From Phycisphaera mikurensis NBRC 102666 (lineage in GTDB: Bacteria; Planctomycetota; Phycisphaerae; Phycisphaerales; Phycisphaeraceae), in assembly GCF_000284115.1 (NCBI RefSeq), contig NC_017080.1:2820001-2852000 (forward strand): a stretch of DNA of 32,000 nt, in the 5' to 3' direction. Positions 1-7,855 of this stretch are shown piece by piece. Numbering within the stretch: position 1 is the stretch's first letter; every line of letters starts with the position of its first letter. A model generated the notes under the pieces. That model worked only from the letters and a program-made list of their open reading frames with translations, was not told where the DNA came from and did not search any database. The position numbers and the translations under genes are program-made.

Positions 1-127
1 CCTCGGGGTCCAGGTCCGCCTTCGCGCAGAGCTCGAGGGCGGCCTTGGGGCCGATCCCGTAGATGTAGCGGAAGGAGATCCGCAGGGGCTTGTTGTCCGG
101 GATCTCGGTGCCGATGATGCGTGGCAT
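1..127 (-). CDS. rpsM: 30S ribosomal protein S13, N-terminal part (gene runs off the left edge)
   Basis: The reverse complement of 1-127 reads MPRIIGTEIPDNKPLRISFRYIYGIGPKAALELCAKADLDPE. This matches the conserved S13 N-terminus pattern (..IaG..iP..K...i.L.yIyGIG...A..i). The ATG is the complement of 125-127. It lies downstream of infA-rpmJ, as in the canonical operon. It is absent from the ORF track because the window edge truncates it. Confidence 0.9.
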   Translation of the reverse strand, partial: MPRIIGTEIPDNKPLRISFRYIYGIGPKAALELCAKADLDPE

Positions 128-225
128 GGGGGTTCCGCCGGGGGGGGCGGCCTTGGGTTGGGTTCGGGGGTCCGGAGGGTTCCGGAGGAGCGGGCGAGCG
201 GCGGACGCCGCCCGCCGGCCTTGCT

Positions 226-381
226 TCACTTCTTCACGCCGCGCTTGACCTTCGCTCCGCCCTGCCGGGCCTTGAACTTGGGGTTGGACTTGCAGATGAC
301 GTAGACGCGGCCGCGGCGGCGGACGATCTGGCAGTCCTCGGAGCGGGACTTCAACTTGCCGATGGAGCTGACGACTTTCAT
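226..381 (-). CDS. rpmJ: 50S ribosomal protein L36, 51 aa with a C-terminal extension
   Basis: This is the internal Met of ORF 226..432 (ATG = complement of 379-381). It gives [51 protein letters not shown], which follows the L36 pattern MKV..S.K......C.i.rR.G.v.ViC...PkhKqRQG. The 17 codons upstream in the ORF are Pro/Arg-rich and unlike L36. Confidence 0.85.
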   Translation of the reverse strand: MKVVSSIGKLKSRSEDCQIVRRRGRVYVICKSNPKFKARQGGAKVKRGVKK

Positions 382-444
382 GAGCGTTTCGCCTTCAGGC
401 GGAGGGTGGACGAGGGAGCGGGTGCGAGGCAACAGACCCCCGCT

Positions 445-660
445 TCAGCGGCGGTAGGTGATGCGGCCCTTGGTGAGGTCGTACGGGCTGATCTCGACCG
501 ACACCACGTCGCCGGGCAGGATCCGGATGTAGTGCTTCCGCATCCGGCCGGAGATGGTCGCGATGATCTGGTGATCGTTCTCGAGCTTGACGCGGAACAT
601 CGCGCTCGGGAGGGACTCGGTCACCTCCCCCTCGAACTGGAGCATGTCTTCTTTGGGCAC
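445..660 (-). CDS. infA: translation initiation factor IF-1
   Basis: The tail of ORF 445..744 reads (V/M)[70 protein letters not shown]. This closely follows E. coli-type IF-1 (AKEDNIEMQGTV.E.LPN.MFRVELENGH.V.AHISGKMRKNYIRIL.GD.V.VE..PYDL.KGRI). I chose the GTG at 658-660 (complement cac), which is preceded by GGAG 6 nt upstream. The 28 upstream codons of the ORF are not IF-1-like. Confidence 0.9.
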   Translation of the reverse strand: MPKEDMLQFEGEVTESLPSAMFRVKLENDHQIIATISGRMRKHYIRILPGDVVSVEISPYDLTKGRITYRR

Positions 661-799
661 GGCAGGCTCCGGGGGCGGTACGCGGGCTCGGGGCGGCGTG
701 CCCTCGAACCCCGCGGGAGGGGAAGCAACGGGTTCGACCCGCACCCTCGGTAGGTGCAGGCAACGATCGCCCGCCCGCGGCTTGCGACGCGGGGCGGAG

Positions 800-827
800 A
801 GGATAGCAGGGTTTCGCGAGCGTGTAA
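800..827 (-). promoter_or_regulatory. candidate sigma70-type promoter for infA-rpmJ-rpsM
   Basis: The minus strand reads TTACAC (complement of 822-827), a 16-nt spacer, then TATCCT (complement of 800-805). It lies about 140 nt upstream of the infA start. This is a motif match only. Confidence 0.25.
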
Positions 828-915
828 GGACGGGTGTCGGGCGAGCGGGTTCGGAGGCTCGTTCGGTTTCCGGGGACGCCGAGCACCGCGGCTCGGAGCG
901 GCCGTGCGGGTCGAC

Positions 916-1062
916 GCGGGGCTGGATTCCGGTCGTGCTGCGCCCGATCCGGGCACGTGGAGGAGTGACTGCCGTCAGGCGGCTGCGCCGCCGGCGTGTC
1001 GAACCTGCGACCTCCGGCCACCGCTCCGCGGTGGCTCGGAGGCCGACAGGTTCGAATCCAAG
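916..1062. repeat. cluster of tRNA-fMet 3'-half fragments (tRNA-derived scars or pseudo-tRNA pieces)
   Basis: 916-929 (gcggggctggattc) matches tRNA positions 1116-1130 (gcgggggctggattc) apart from one g. 999-1017 (tcgaacctgcgacctccgg) is identical to 1129-1147. 1036-1062 (cggaggccgacaggttcgaatccaaga) is a diverged copy of the same tRNA segment in the opposite orientation. Together with 998-1024 it forms an imperfect long inverted repeat centred near 1027. Confidence 0.55.
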
Positions 1063-1077
1063 ACCTCAGCACAATTG

Positions 1078-1110
1078 AAAGAACCCCGGCCCAACGGGCC
1101 GGGGTTCTTT
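1078..1110 (-). terminator. intrinsic terminator, potentially bidirectional, directly 3' of tRNA-fMet
   Basis: There is a perfect 15-bp stem, aaagaaccccggccc (1078-1092) with gggccggggttcttt (1096-1110), and a 3-nt loop. The A/T-rich stem ends give a U-tract in either orientation. Confidence 0.8.
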
Positions 1111-1113
1111 CAA

Positions 1114-1187
<74 letters not shown>

Positions 1188-1277
1188 GCTGTGCCTTCAG
1201 TTTAGCCAGCCCGCCGCGGGGCCGCAAATCCGCGGACCGCCGCCCGAAAAGCCGGGGAAACCTCACGGTCCGCGGGT

Positions 1278-2276
1278 TCAGCCCAGCGCCCGGCCGACCG
1301 CCGCGACGACCTCCGCGTGGCAGGGGCCGTTGGTCGCGATGACGCCGCGGTTGTTGTCGAGGCCGCGGCCTTTCGAGAAGTCCAGCCGCCTGCCGTCGAC
1401 ATCGGTGACGGTGCCGCCCGCCTCCTCGAGCACGGCGACGCCGGCGGCGTGGTCCCAGATGCGCTCGACGTAGCCCGGCCGCGTCGGCAGCCGCAGGTAC
1501 GCGTCGGCCACCCCCATGGCGACCGCGGCGTACTTCGCCTGGCTGTCCATCCGCACCGGGTCGGCGGTGACGCCGAGCATCCTCACCACCTCGGCGGCCG
1601 CGTCCTGCTTGGTGTGCCCGCTCTCGACGCTCTCGCACACGCGGAGCACGCCGGGCACGCTCCGCTCGCTCACGGCGATCTTCCGCCCGTGGTGCGGGTC
1701 GTGGTCCGTGCCCTCCACCGGGTGCCGGTACGCGCCGGCTCCCTTCACCGCGACCAGCACCACGCCCGGCTCGTCCTGGCCGTCCACCGCGAGATTCGGG
1801 CACCCGAGCACGCCGCCCACCACCTCGCCGCCCTCGATCAGCCCCAGCGCCACCGCGTACTGCTCGCCGCGGAGGAAGCCCTTCGTGCCGTCGATCGGGT
1901 CGAGCGCCCAGTAGCGGTCTTTCCGCGGATCGTCGTCCCCGGCGGTCGCCGGATCGAACGATCCGCGGTCGATGGCCTCGATCGCCTCCTCGGCGGGCAT
2001 CCCCGCGTGCACCGCCACGCGCCCGAGCAGGTCGCGGTGCTCCCCGGTCCGCAGCTCCTCGGAGCCCTCCTCGCCGACGACGACCAGATCCGGGCACCGC
2101 TCCGCGAGGATCCCGCAGACCACCGCCTGCGAGGCGAAGTCGGCCACGGTCACCGGCGACTTGTCGCCCTTCTCCAGCGTGCCCGCGTTGACCAGGTCCG
2201 CCTGCACCCGCACGCAAACCTTGCAAGCCGCCCGCACCGCCTCCAGCCCCGCCTCGATCAGCTCGTCTCGGTTCAT
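1278..2276 (-). CDS. 3'(2'),5'-bisphosphate nucleotidase (HAL2/SAL1-type, inositol monophosphatase superfamily)
   Basis: The 332-aa ORF starts at an ATG (complement 2274-2276). It carries IMPase-family motifs: VVGEEGSE, WALDPIDGTKGFLRGEQYAVALGL (the HAL2/SAL1 signature) and WDHAAGVAVLEEAGG. Confidence 0.8.
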   Translation of the reverse strand: MNRDELIEAGLEAVRAACKVCVRVQADLVNAGTLEKGDKSPVTVADFASQAVVCGILAERCPDLVVVGEEGSEELRTGEHRDLLGRVAVHAGMPAEEAIEAIDRGSFDPATAGDDDPRKDRYWALDPIDGTKGFLRGEQYAVALGLIEGGEVVGGVLGCPNLAVDGQDEPGVVLVAVKGAGAYRHPVEGTDHDPHHGRKIAVSERSVPGVLRVCESVESGHTKQDAAAEVVRMLGVTADPVRMDSQAKYAAVAMGVADAYLRLPTRPGYVERIWDHAAGVAVLEEAGGTVTDVDGRRLDFSKGRGLDNNRGVIATNGPCHAEVVAAVGRALG

Positions 2277-2687
2277 GGCGCGACCCTATCGGGTCGCTCC
2301 GCCTGCGGCGGGGTGAGGCCCGGGATTCGTCGGGCTTCGGCCGGCAGAGCCCGGCGGAGCAGAGCGGCGGCCGGAGGCCGATGCTCTGGCCGCCGCGCTC
2401 CTTTGCTCCGGAATCCCGGCGCGAGTCGCGTCTGCGCTCTTTCGCTGCGTGACCCCGAGCAGCGGCGGAGGAAAAGACCGCGGACCGTGGCCTCTCCGCA
2501 CGCCGCAGGCCCGCGGTCCGCGGCTCTTTCCTGGAGCGACCTCCCGCGGCCTCGGCCGGGCCGGTGCGTCAACGATCTAATGTCCCGGGGTCACGCCGAC
2601 CGGAGTCGACGGGCGCCACCCGCAGAGGCCGCTCCGCGGCCTCGGAGGCGCGAACCTCCCCAACCTCATCCCGCCGGAGGCGGAGCT

Positions 2688-4508
2688 TTGCCTGTCGCCA
2701 ACCCGTACATCCGCAACTTCTGCATCATCGCCCACATCGACCACGGGAAGAGCACCCTGGCCGACCGCATGCTGCAGGGCACCGGGGCGATGGACGACCG
2801 CACCGCCCAGGACCAGAAGCTCGACTCGATGGACATCGAGCGCGAGCGCGGCATCACCATCAAGGCCGCCGCCGTCTCCGTCGAGCACACCTGGAACGGG
2901 CAGACCTACGAGCTCAACTTCATCGACACCCCCGGCCACGTCGACTTCCACTACGAGGTCAGCCGCGCCCTGGCCGCCTGCGAGGGCGCCTGCCTCATCG
3001 TCGACGCCACACAGGGCGTTGAGGCCCAGACCGTCGCCAACCTCTACAAGGCCGTCGACGCCGACCTCGAGCTCATCCCGGTCATCAACAAGATCGACCT
3101 GCCCTCCGCCGAGCCCGAGCGGCGGGCCATGCAGGTCGAGGACGTCCTGGGCCTGCCCGCCGAGGACTGCATCCTCACCTCCGCCAAGTCCGGCCAGGGC
3201 GTGGCCGAGCTGCTCGACGCCATCTGCGAGCGCTTCCCCCCACCGGAAGGCGAGATCGAAGCGCCCCTGCAGGCCCTCATCTTCGACGCCAAGTACGACG
3301 ACTACCGCGGCGTCATCGTCTACTTCCGCGTCATGAACGGGCGGCTGAAGAAGGGCGACCGCATCCTCTTCATGGGCAAGAAGCGGACCCACCAGGTCAC
3401 CGAGCTGGGCAAGTTCAAACCCGACATGGAGCCCAACGCCGACCCCTTCGAGGCCGGCGACGTCGGCTACATGATCGCCGGCATCAAGACCCTCGAAGAC
3501 GTCAACATCGGCGACACGATCACGCTGGACAACCACCGCGCCGCCACCGCCCTGCCCGGCTACGAGGAGCCGCAGCCGATGGTCTACTGCGACTTCTACC
3601 CCAGCGGCGACACCATGTTCGACGACCTGCGCGAGGCCATCGGCAAGCTCAAGGTCAACGATGCCAGCTTCACCTACGAGCCCAGCAGCTCCGAGGCCCT
3701 CGGCTCGGGGTTCCGCTGCGGCTTCCTGGGCATGCTCCACATGGACATCATCCAGGAGCGGCTCGAACGCGAGGGCCACGTCTCCCTCGTCCAGACCGCC
3801 CCCACCGTCACCTACGAGGTCCAGCTCACCGCCAACAAGGACGGCGTGCAGGAGGTGATCCAGATCACCAACCCCGCCGAGCTGCCGGACATGAGCCGGG
3901 TGAAGTCCATCCGCGAGCCCATGGTCGCCGCCGAGGTCATCACCCCGACCACCTCGATCGGCGACATCATGAAGCTCTGCGAGAACCGCCGCGGCGTCTA
4001 CAGAGGCCAGCGCTTCCTCTCCGAGGACCGCCAGATCCTCGAGTACGAGCTCCCCCTCGCGGAGATCATCTACGACTTCTTCGACAAGCTCAAGAGCATC
4101 ACCAGCGGCTACGGCACCGTCGACTACCGCGTCACCGGCTTCCAGGCCGGCGAACTCGTCAAGATGGACATCCTCGTCAACGGCTCCCCCGTCGAGGCCC
4201 TCTCGCTCATCGTCCACCGCTCCAAAGCCGAGTCCCGCGGCCGCCACCTCCTCAAGAAGCTCAAGGAGCAGATCGACCGCCACCTGTTCGAGATCCCCCT
4301 CCAAGCCGCCATCGGCGGCAAGATCATCGGGCGCGAGACGATCAAGTCCGTCGGCAAGAACGTCACCGCCAAGTGCTACGGCGGCGACGTGAGCCGCAAG
4401 CGGAAGCTGCTGGAGAAGCAGAAGAAGGGGAAGGACCGGATGAAGCGAATCGGAACGGTGGATATTCCGCAGGGGGCGTTTATGGCGGTGCTGGACACGG
4501 GGGAGTGA
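2688..4508 (+). CDS. lepA: elongation factor 4 (LepA)
   Basis: This is the C-terminal 606 aa of ORF 1317..4508. It reads (L/M)PVANPYIRNFCIIAHIDHGKSTLADRML...DTPGHVDF...NKIDL..., with an LepA C-terminal domain ending KCYGGDVSRKRKLLEKQKKGKDRMKRIG. The start is assigned to TTG 2688, preceded by GGAGG at 2677-2681. The in-frame ATG at 2580 would add 36 Arg/Pro-rich codons with many A/T third positions, which is atypical for this genome. Confidence 0.9.
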   Translation: MPVANPYIRNFCIIAHIDHGKSTLADRMLQGTGAMDDRTAQDQKLDSMDIERERGITIKAAAVSVEHTWNGQTYELNFIDTPGHVDFHYEVSRALAACEGACLIVDATQGVEAQTVANLYKAVDADLELIPVINKIDLPSAEPERRAMQVEDVLGLPAEDCILTSAKSGQGVAELLDAICERFPPPEGEIEAPLQALIFDAKYDDYRGVIVYFRVMNGRLKKGDRILFMGKKRTHQVTELGKFKPDMEPNADPFEAGDVGYMIAGIKTLEDVNIGDTITLDNHRAATALPGYEEPQPMVYCDFYPSGDTMFDDLREAIGKLKVNDASFTYEPSSSEALGSGFRCGFLGMLHMDIIQERLEREGHVSLVQTAPTVTYEVQLTANKDGVQEVIQITNPAELPDMSRVKSIREPMVAAEVITPTTSIGDIMKLCENRRGVYRGQRFLSEDRQILEYELPLAEIIYDFFDKLKSITSGYGTVDYRVTGFQAGELVKMDILVNGSPVEALSLIVHRSKAESRGRHLLKKLKEQIDRHLFEIPLQAAIGGKIIGRETIKSVGKNVTAKCYGGDVSRKRKLLEKQKKGKDRMKRIGTVDIPQGAFMAVLDTGE

Positions 4509-4681
4509 ATTTGCGATGATTCCGTTGCGACGGTCGAACTGCCTCGATGAAAGTTAATATGAGCACTCGGAATTGGTCGGCCAGCCGACACTCAAGAATG
4601 TAAACATCTGCCTTCGCGCCTCACCGAGATCCATGAAAGAATAGGATCTATTCAACCCGAATCGGTTCTTGAAGATTCATC

Positions 4682-7600
4682 ATGCAGTACCACACAATGA
4701 GCGATCCTGATCCTGCTTGGCAGTCAGCCATTGCCGACCGCAACGCGGTCCTCTGGATTACGCTCGGTGGCGCTAAATTGCCTGGCACATCGGTAGACGT
4801 GTATGCTCGCCTCCTCGCACAATCGTGGAACTCGATCTACTTTGAAGATGGATCTCTGCTTGATCGATGCTTCGCCGATGCAGAAAATCTCGCGGAAGAA
4901 TTGAGCTTCAAGCTGCGGCGACTTGATGGTCAAGACAATGAGCTAGCTAGACTGACTGGGAATCGAATCGGTATCTACGTGCCGCCGCTAGCAGATCCTG
5001 TTGAAGATCCCGCGGGCTTCGCCACACGCCTCGACATGTTCCGCCGTGTTCCACAGACCTCCACGGTGTTCGTGATATCTGACGGGGCAGCCGAGGATCT
5101 CAGTCTCGTCTCGCAAGCTTCTCGAATGCTTCCGGATGGAATGCGGGAGGTGGTGATCCTCGGTGGGAAACGCCCCGCTGAGGGTCCGCGTGCGAAGCGA
5201 GCAGTCCACTGGACAGCGGAAGCTGCAACTCTCGCCGCGTTCGCTCGCGAAGCAGTTGAGGCTGCCGATTCGAATGAACTCCGAGTGCGGGTGCGGAGCG
5301 GCACAGGCGTCGCAGATGTGAATCTCACGAAAGCTCTAGATCTCAGTTACCCCATCACAGATCGTTTTCAGATCGTTCGAGCTGCAGAGCTGACGGCCGA
5401 AGTCGAGGCGACGGAGGAGCTAGTTCAGACCCTCTTGACTGCAACCGGGTTCGATACAAGGCCATACGCCGCAGGAATTGTTTACAATCGCAATGGAGCG
5501 ATTCTTCACGACGTGCGACGCGCCCTCAAGAAATTTGAACGCGTCGGCCCGGAAGCGACATCTACTCTATGGATCGATGCAGAACCCGCATCGGGTGCGA
5601 CTACAGCATTGCGGCAACTCGCATTTGATCTTGCTCGCGACGGCTTTCCTGTATTGGTCGCAGATCCCGCCACAGTAGATTTTGACTTTCAGCAGGTCGT
5701 GGCCTTTCTTAAGTCTACTCGAGAAGTCGCTACAGATCAGTCGGATTCCCGCCTCGGCGAGTACCCTTGGGTCATTTTGTTCGATGCTGAACATGTGGCA
5801 AGGTCCGCCGAGTTCGTGACAGGATTAGCGAACGGCCTACGCAAGCGCCGGCAAGCTGCAGCAGTTGTCGCGGTGCGGCCTCACGTCCTATCCGATAATT
5901 CGGGGAGGATCAAAGCTAGCGGGCCTTCCACGTCGCTCGGACACCCGTTGCACAATCTTATTCTTCAATCAGAAGCGGAGGCTTTCGGCGAACACCTGAA
6001 CAAGTTCTTGCCGCTTAACCGCAAACGCAGTAGCCAGGAGTGGGGCAAATTCTGTCGTGAGGCCGAACGCCTCACCGGCACCGGCAAGCAAAGCCTATTT
6101 TGGGTCGCGATTCGATTCTGGCTGTTGCGCATGCCGAATGCTGAAGAGCCGCTGCGACAATGGCTTGCCCGGTCGCTGCAGGTAGTCCTCGAAGGCTCTG
6201 AGGCGCGGATGATGGCGGTTATTGCCACGGCCGTTCTGTCCCGCTACCGCTTGCCCCTTCCGCTGCGTTTGCTGACACCGGATGAGCGGGTCGAGATTCG
6301 AGACGTAGCCAAGCGAGAAGCTCAGGGCCTCGGCTTGCGCGAGCTCGAGGAGGAACGTCGATCTTTCATCTCGTTTCCGCATCCGATGATAGCCGATGAA
6401 ATACTGAGGATTTGCTTGGCCGAGCCGGCGGTTCTTGGATCATTAGGTGTATCGCAATGTTCCGGCCTTCTTGATCTTCAACTCCATGTGATCGAGAAGC
6501 TGATCCCCCGCGATTCGATGGGCTACGCTGAGGTGATACCCATCCTCGAGGAACTAGTGACCACCGCACTTCGCGTGGATCCTCGCTCGGCGCCTTCAAA
6601 CTATGCAGAGCGCGAGCGGATCGTGCTAATGCTTGAGCTGGCTCCAGATTCAGTCTTCGACTCGAGCGAAGTTTTCCTCCACCATCTTGCGATCTCACGT
6701 AGACACTTAGCAGCAGATCCTCCTCCAACAGCCTTCTGGGAGGATCCTGCGGCAGTTTGCGAGCAGCTTGAACTCGCAGAGTCTCATCTGAAAGAAGCCA
6801 TCGATCTTGGTCTCGACCGTGAAAACGAGTCGCAGGAAAAGCCGCTCAATCTCTATGTCTCCCTCGCATTGACTCTTGCTGTTCGCGCGGAATTTGAGCG
6901 AAAGATAGGGCGTTCCGATGAAGGAGATCGCTTTGCAGAGTCAGCTCAAGCACGCTATCTGCAAGCTCAAGCAATCGATCCTGACAACACCTACGTCCTC
7001 GAAAATTACGCTCGCTTGAAGATCAGGCAAGCGCGAGAGACGACGGAGTCTTCCGAACGACTGGAGCTTCTGGCGGACGCAATTTCCCTGCTTGACTGGG
7101 AGATGGCAGTCGACGATCGTAACGACCGCGAGGAGGTCGCACTCGAGGAGATGGTACGAGCCTACTCGATGCTTGAGCATGATACCGGCTTGGCGTCGGT
7201 GCGTGCGCTCGCTTCAACAGGTGCAGAGGCAGCTTCTGTAGTGATTGCTCGATTGCTGGCCTACCCAGATCGTTTTAGTAACCAGACGCAAGAAGAACCA
7301 AGGCTGAAGGAAGCGATCGATCTTCTAAAGCGTATCGATCCGGCTACAGCAAGTTGGCGTTCAAGAATTCTTCTGCACGAGCTTCAGGCTCTCAATGATC
7401 CTTATGGATTTGCAGCTCGTCTTGAACCTCTTGAAGAGCTTGATGCGCTAGGGGAATTCCCATGGCCACTCAAGCTACTGTACGAGCGCGCGATCCTGCT
7501 CTATCAGCTGGGTGAACATAAGAGAGGGAGCGAACATTTCCAGATTCTGCGTGATTCAATCTCATCGCGAAGTTCTGCGGTCTTCATCCCGGACGAACTC

Positions 7601-7855
7601 AGGTTCCTAGCCGACCCTAGAGATGAATTCCGCTCCGCCCTGCTCACGTCCCTCCGAGTGACGAAGACTACTGACGCTGGAAGCAGCTACCGTGGTATCC
7701 CTGAAGGTTGGGGCTCGACAGAGGTCACGTTTCGCCCTTACCTCTTTCCACGACAAAACATTCGTCGAAACGACGATTTAGATTGCATCATTCAATTTAC
7801 AACTTTCGGTCCCCAGGCAGTGCCGCGCAGCGAGATTCAATATGGCAAGGCGTAG
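4682..7855 (+). CDS. large STAND-like NTPase with lysine-less P-loop, TPR-like C-terminal repeats and unassigned terminal domains (1057 aa)
   Basis: ORF-track ORF with ATG at 4682; a second in-frame ATG lies at 4697 and there is no clear SD. Reading by eye: aa 1-195 is a Rossmann-like alpha/beta region with a Gly-rich loop ITLGGAKLPG. Aa 295-400 looks like an NTPase core. STLWIDAEPASGATTALRQLAFDL sits where Walker A would be, but has GATT instead of GK[ST]. YPWVILFDAEH is Walker-B-like, and AAVVAVRP is a STAND-type strand ending in Arg. LHNLILQSEAEAFGEHL and GKQSLFWVAIRFWLL resemble STAND helical-lid motifs. Aa 690-960 is helical and TPR-like (for example ARYLQAQAIDPDNTYVLENYARLKI). Aa 960-1057 is a beta-rich tail. 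The function is inference. Confidence 0.6.
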   Translation: MQYHTMSDPDPAWQSAIADRNAVLWITLGGAKLPGTSVDVYARLLAQSWNSIYFEDGSLLDRCFADAENLAEELSFKLRRLDGQDNELARLTGNRIGIYVPPLADPVEDPAGFATRLDMFRRVPQTSTVFVISDGAAEDLSLVSQASRMLPDGMREVVILGGKRPAEGPRAKRAVHWTAEAATLAAFAREAVEAADSNELRVRVRSGTGVADVNLTKALDLSYPITDRFQIVRAAELTAEVEATEELVQTLLTATGFDTRPYAAGIVYNRNGAILHDVRRALKKFERVGPEATSTLWIDAEPASGATTALRQLAFDLARDGFPVLVADPATVDFDFQQVVAFLKSTREVATDQSDSRLGEYPWVILFDAEHVARSAEFVTGLANGLRKRRQAAAVVAVRPHVLSDNSGRIKASGPSTSLGHPLHNLILQSEAEAFGEHLNKFLPLNRKRSSQEWGKFCREAERLTGTGKQSLFWVAIRFWLLRMPNAEEPLRQWLARSLQVVLEGSEARMMAVIATAVLSRYRLPLPLRLLTPDERVEIRDVAKREAQGLGLRELEEERRSFISFPHPMIADEILRICLAEPAVLGSLGVSQCSGLLDLQLHVIEKLIPRDSMGYAEVIPILEELVTTALRVDPRSAPSNYAERERIVLMLELAPDSVFDSSEVFLHHLAISRRHLAADPPPTAFWEDPAAVCEQLELAESHLKEAIDLGLDRENESQEKPLNLYVSLALTLAVRAEFERKIGRSDEGDRFAESAQARYLQAQAIDPDNTYVLENYARLKIRQARETTESSERLELLADAISLLDWEMAVDDRNDREEVALEEMVRAYSMLEHDTGLASVRALASTGAEAASVVIARLLAYPDRFSNQTQEEPRLKEAIDLLKRIDPATASWRSRILLHELQALNDPYGFAARLEPLEELDALGEFPWPLKLLYERAILLYQLGEHKRGSEHFQILRDSISSRSSAVFIPDELRFLADPRDEFRSALLTSLRVTKTTDAGSSYRGIPEGWGSTEVTFRPYLFPRQNIRRNDDLDCIIQFTTFGPQAVPRSEIQYGKA

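Noticed and set aside
750-1075. tmRNA, a permuted tmRNA or another tRNA in the structured region between infA and tRNA-fMet (GGGGCTGGATTC... and GGTTCGAATCC motifs).
   Set aside because: The motifs are copies of the neighbouring tRNA-fMet 3' half. No complementary acceptor ends, CCA-proximal stem, tag reading frame or canonical cloverleaf (the anticodon loop lacks U33, the T-stem does not pair) could be built.
1317-2687. N-terminal 457 codons of the 1063-aa ORF that ends as LepA.
   Set aside because: This part is antisense to the bisphosphate nucleotidase gene and then crosses an intergenic region with A/T third positions. LepA homology begins only at about 2694, and a TTG with a GGAGG SD at 2688 fits the family's N-terminus.
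4509-4681. Promoter for the islet operon (TAATAT at about 4554, TTGCGA repeats at 4512/4525, small palindromes gtcggccagccgac and gatcc..ggatc).
   Set aside because: No -35/-10 pair with acceptable spacing could be assembled, and no SD precedes ATG 4682. The evidence is too weak to call, and the operon might also be read through from lepA.
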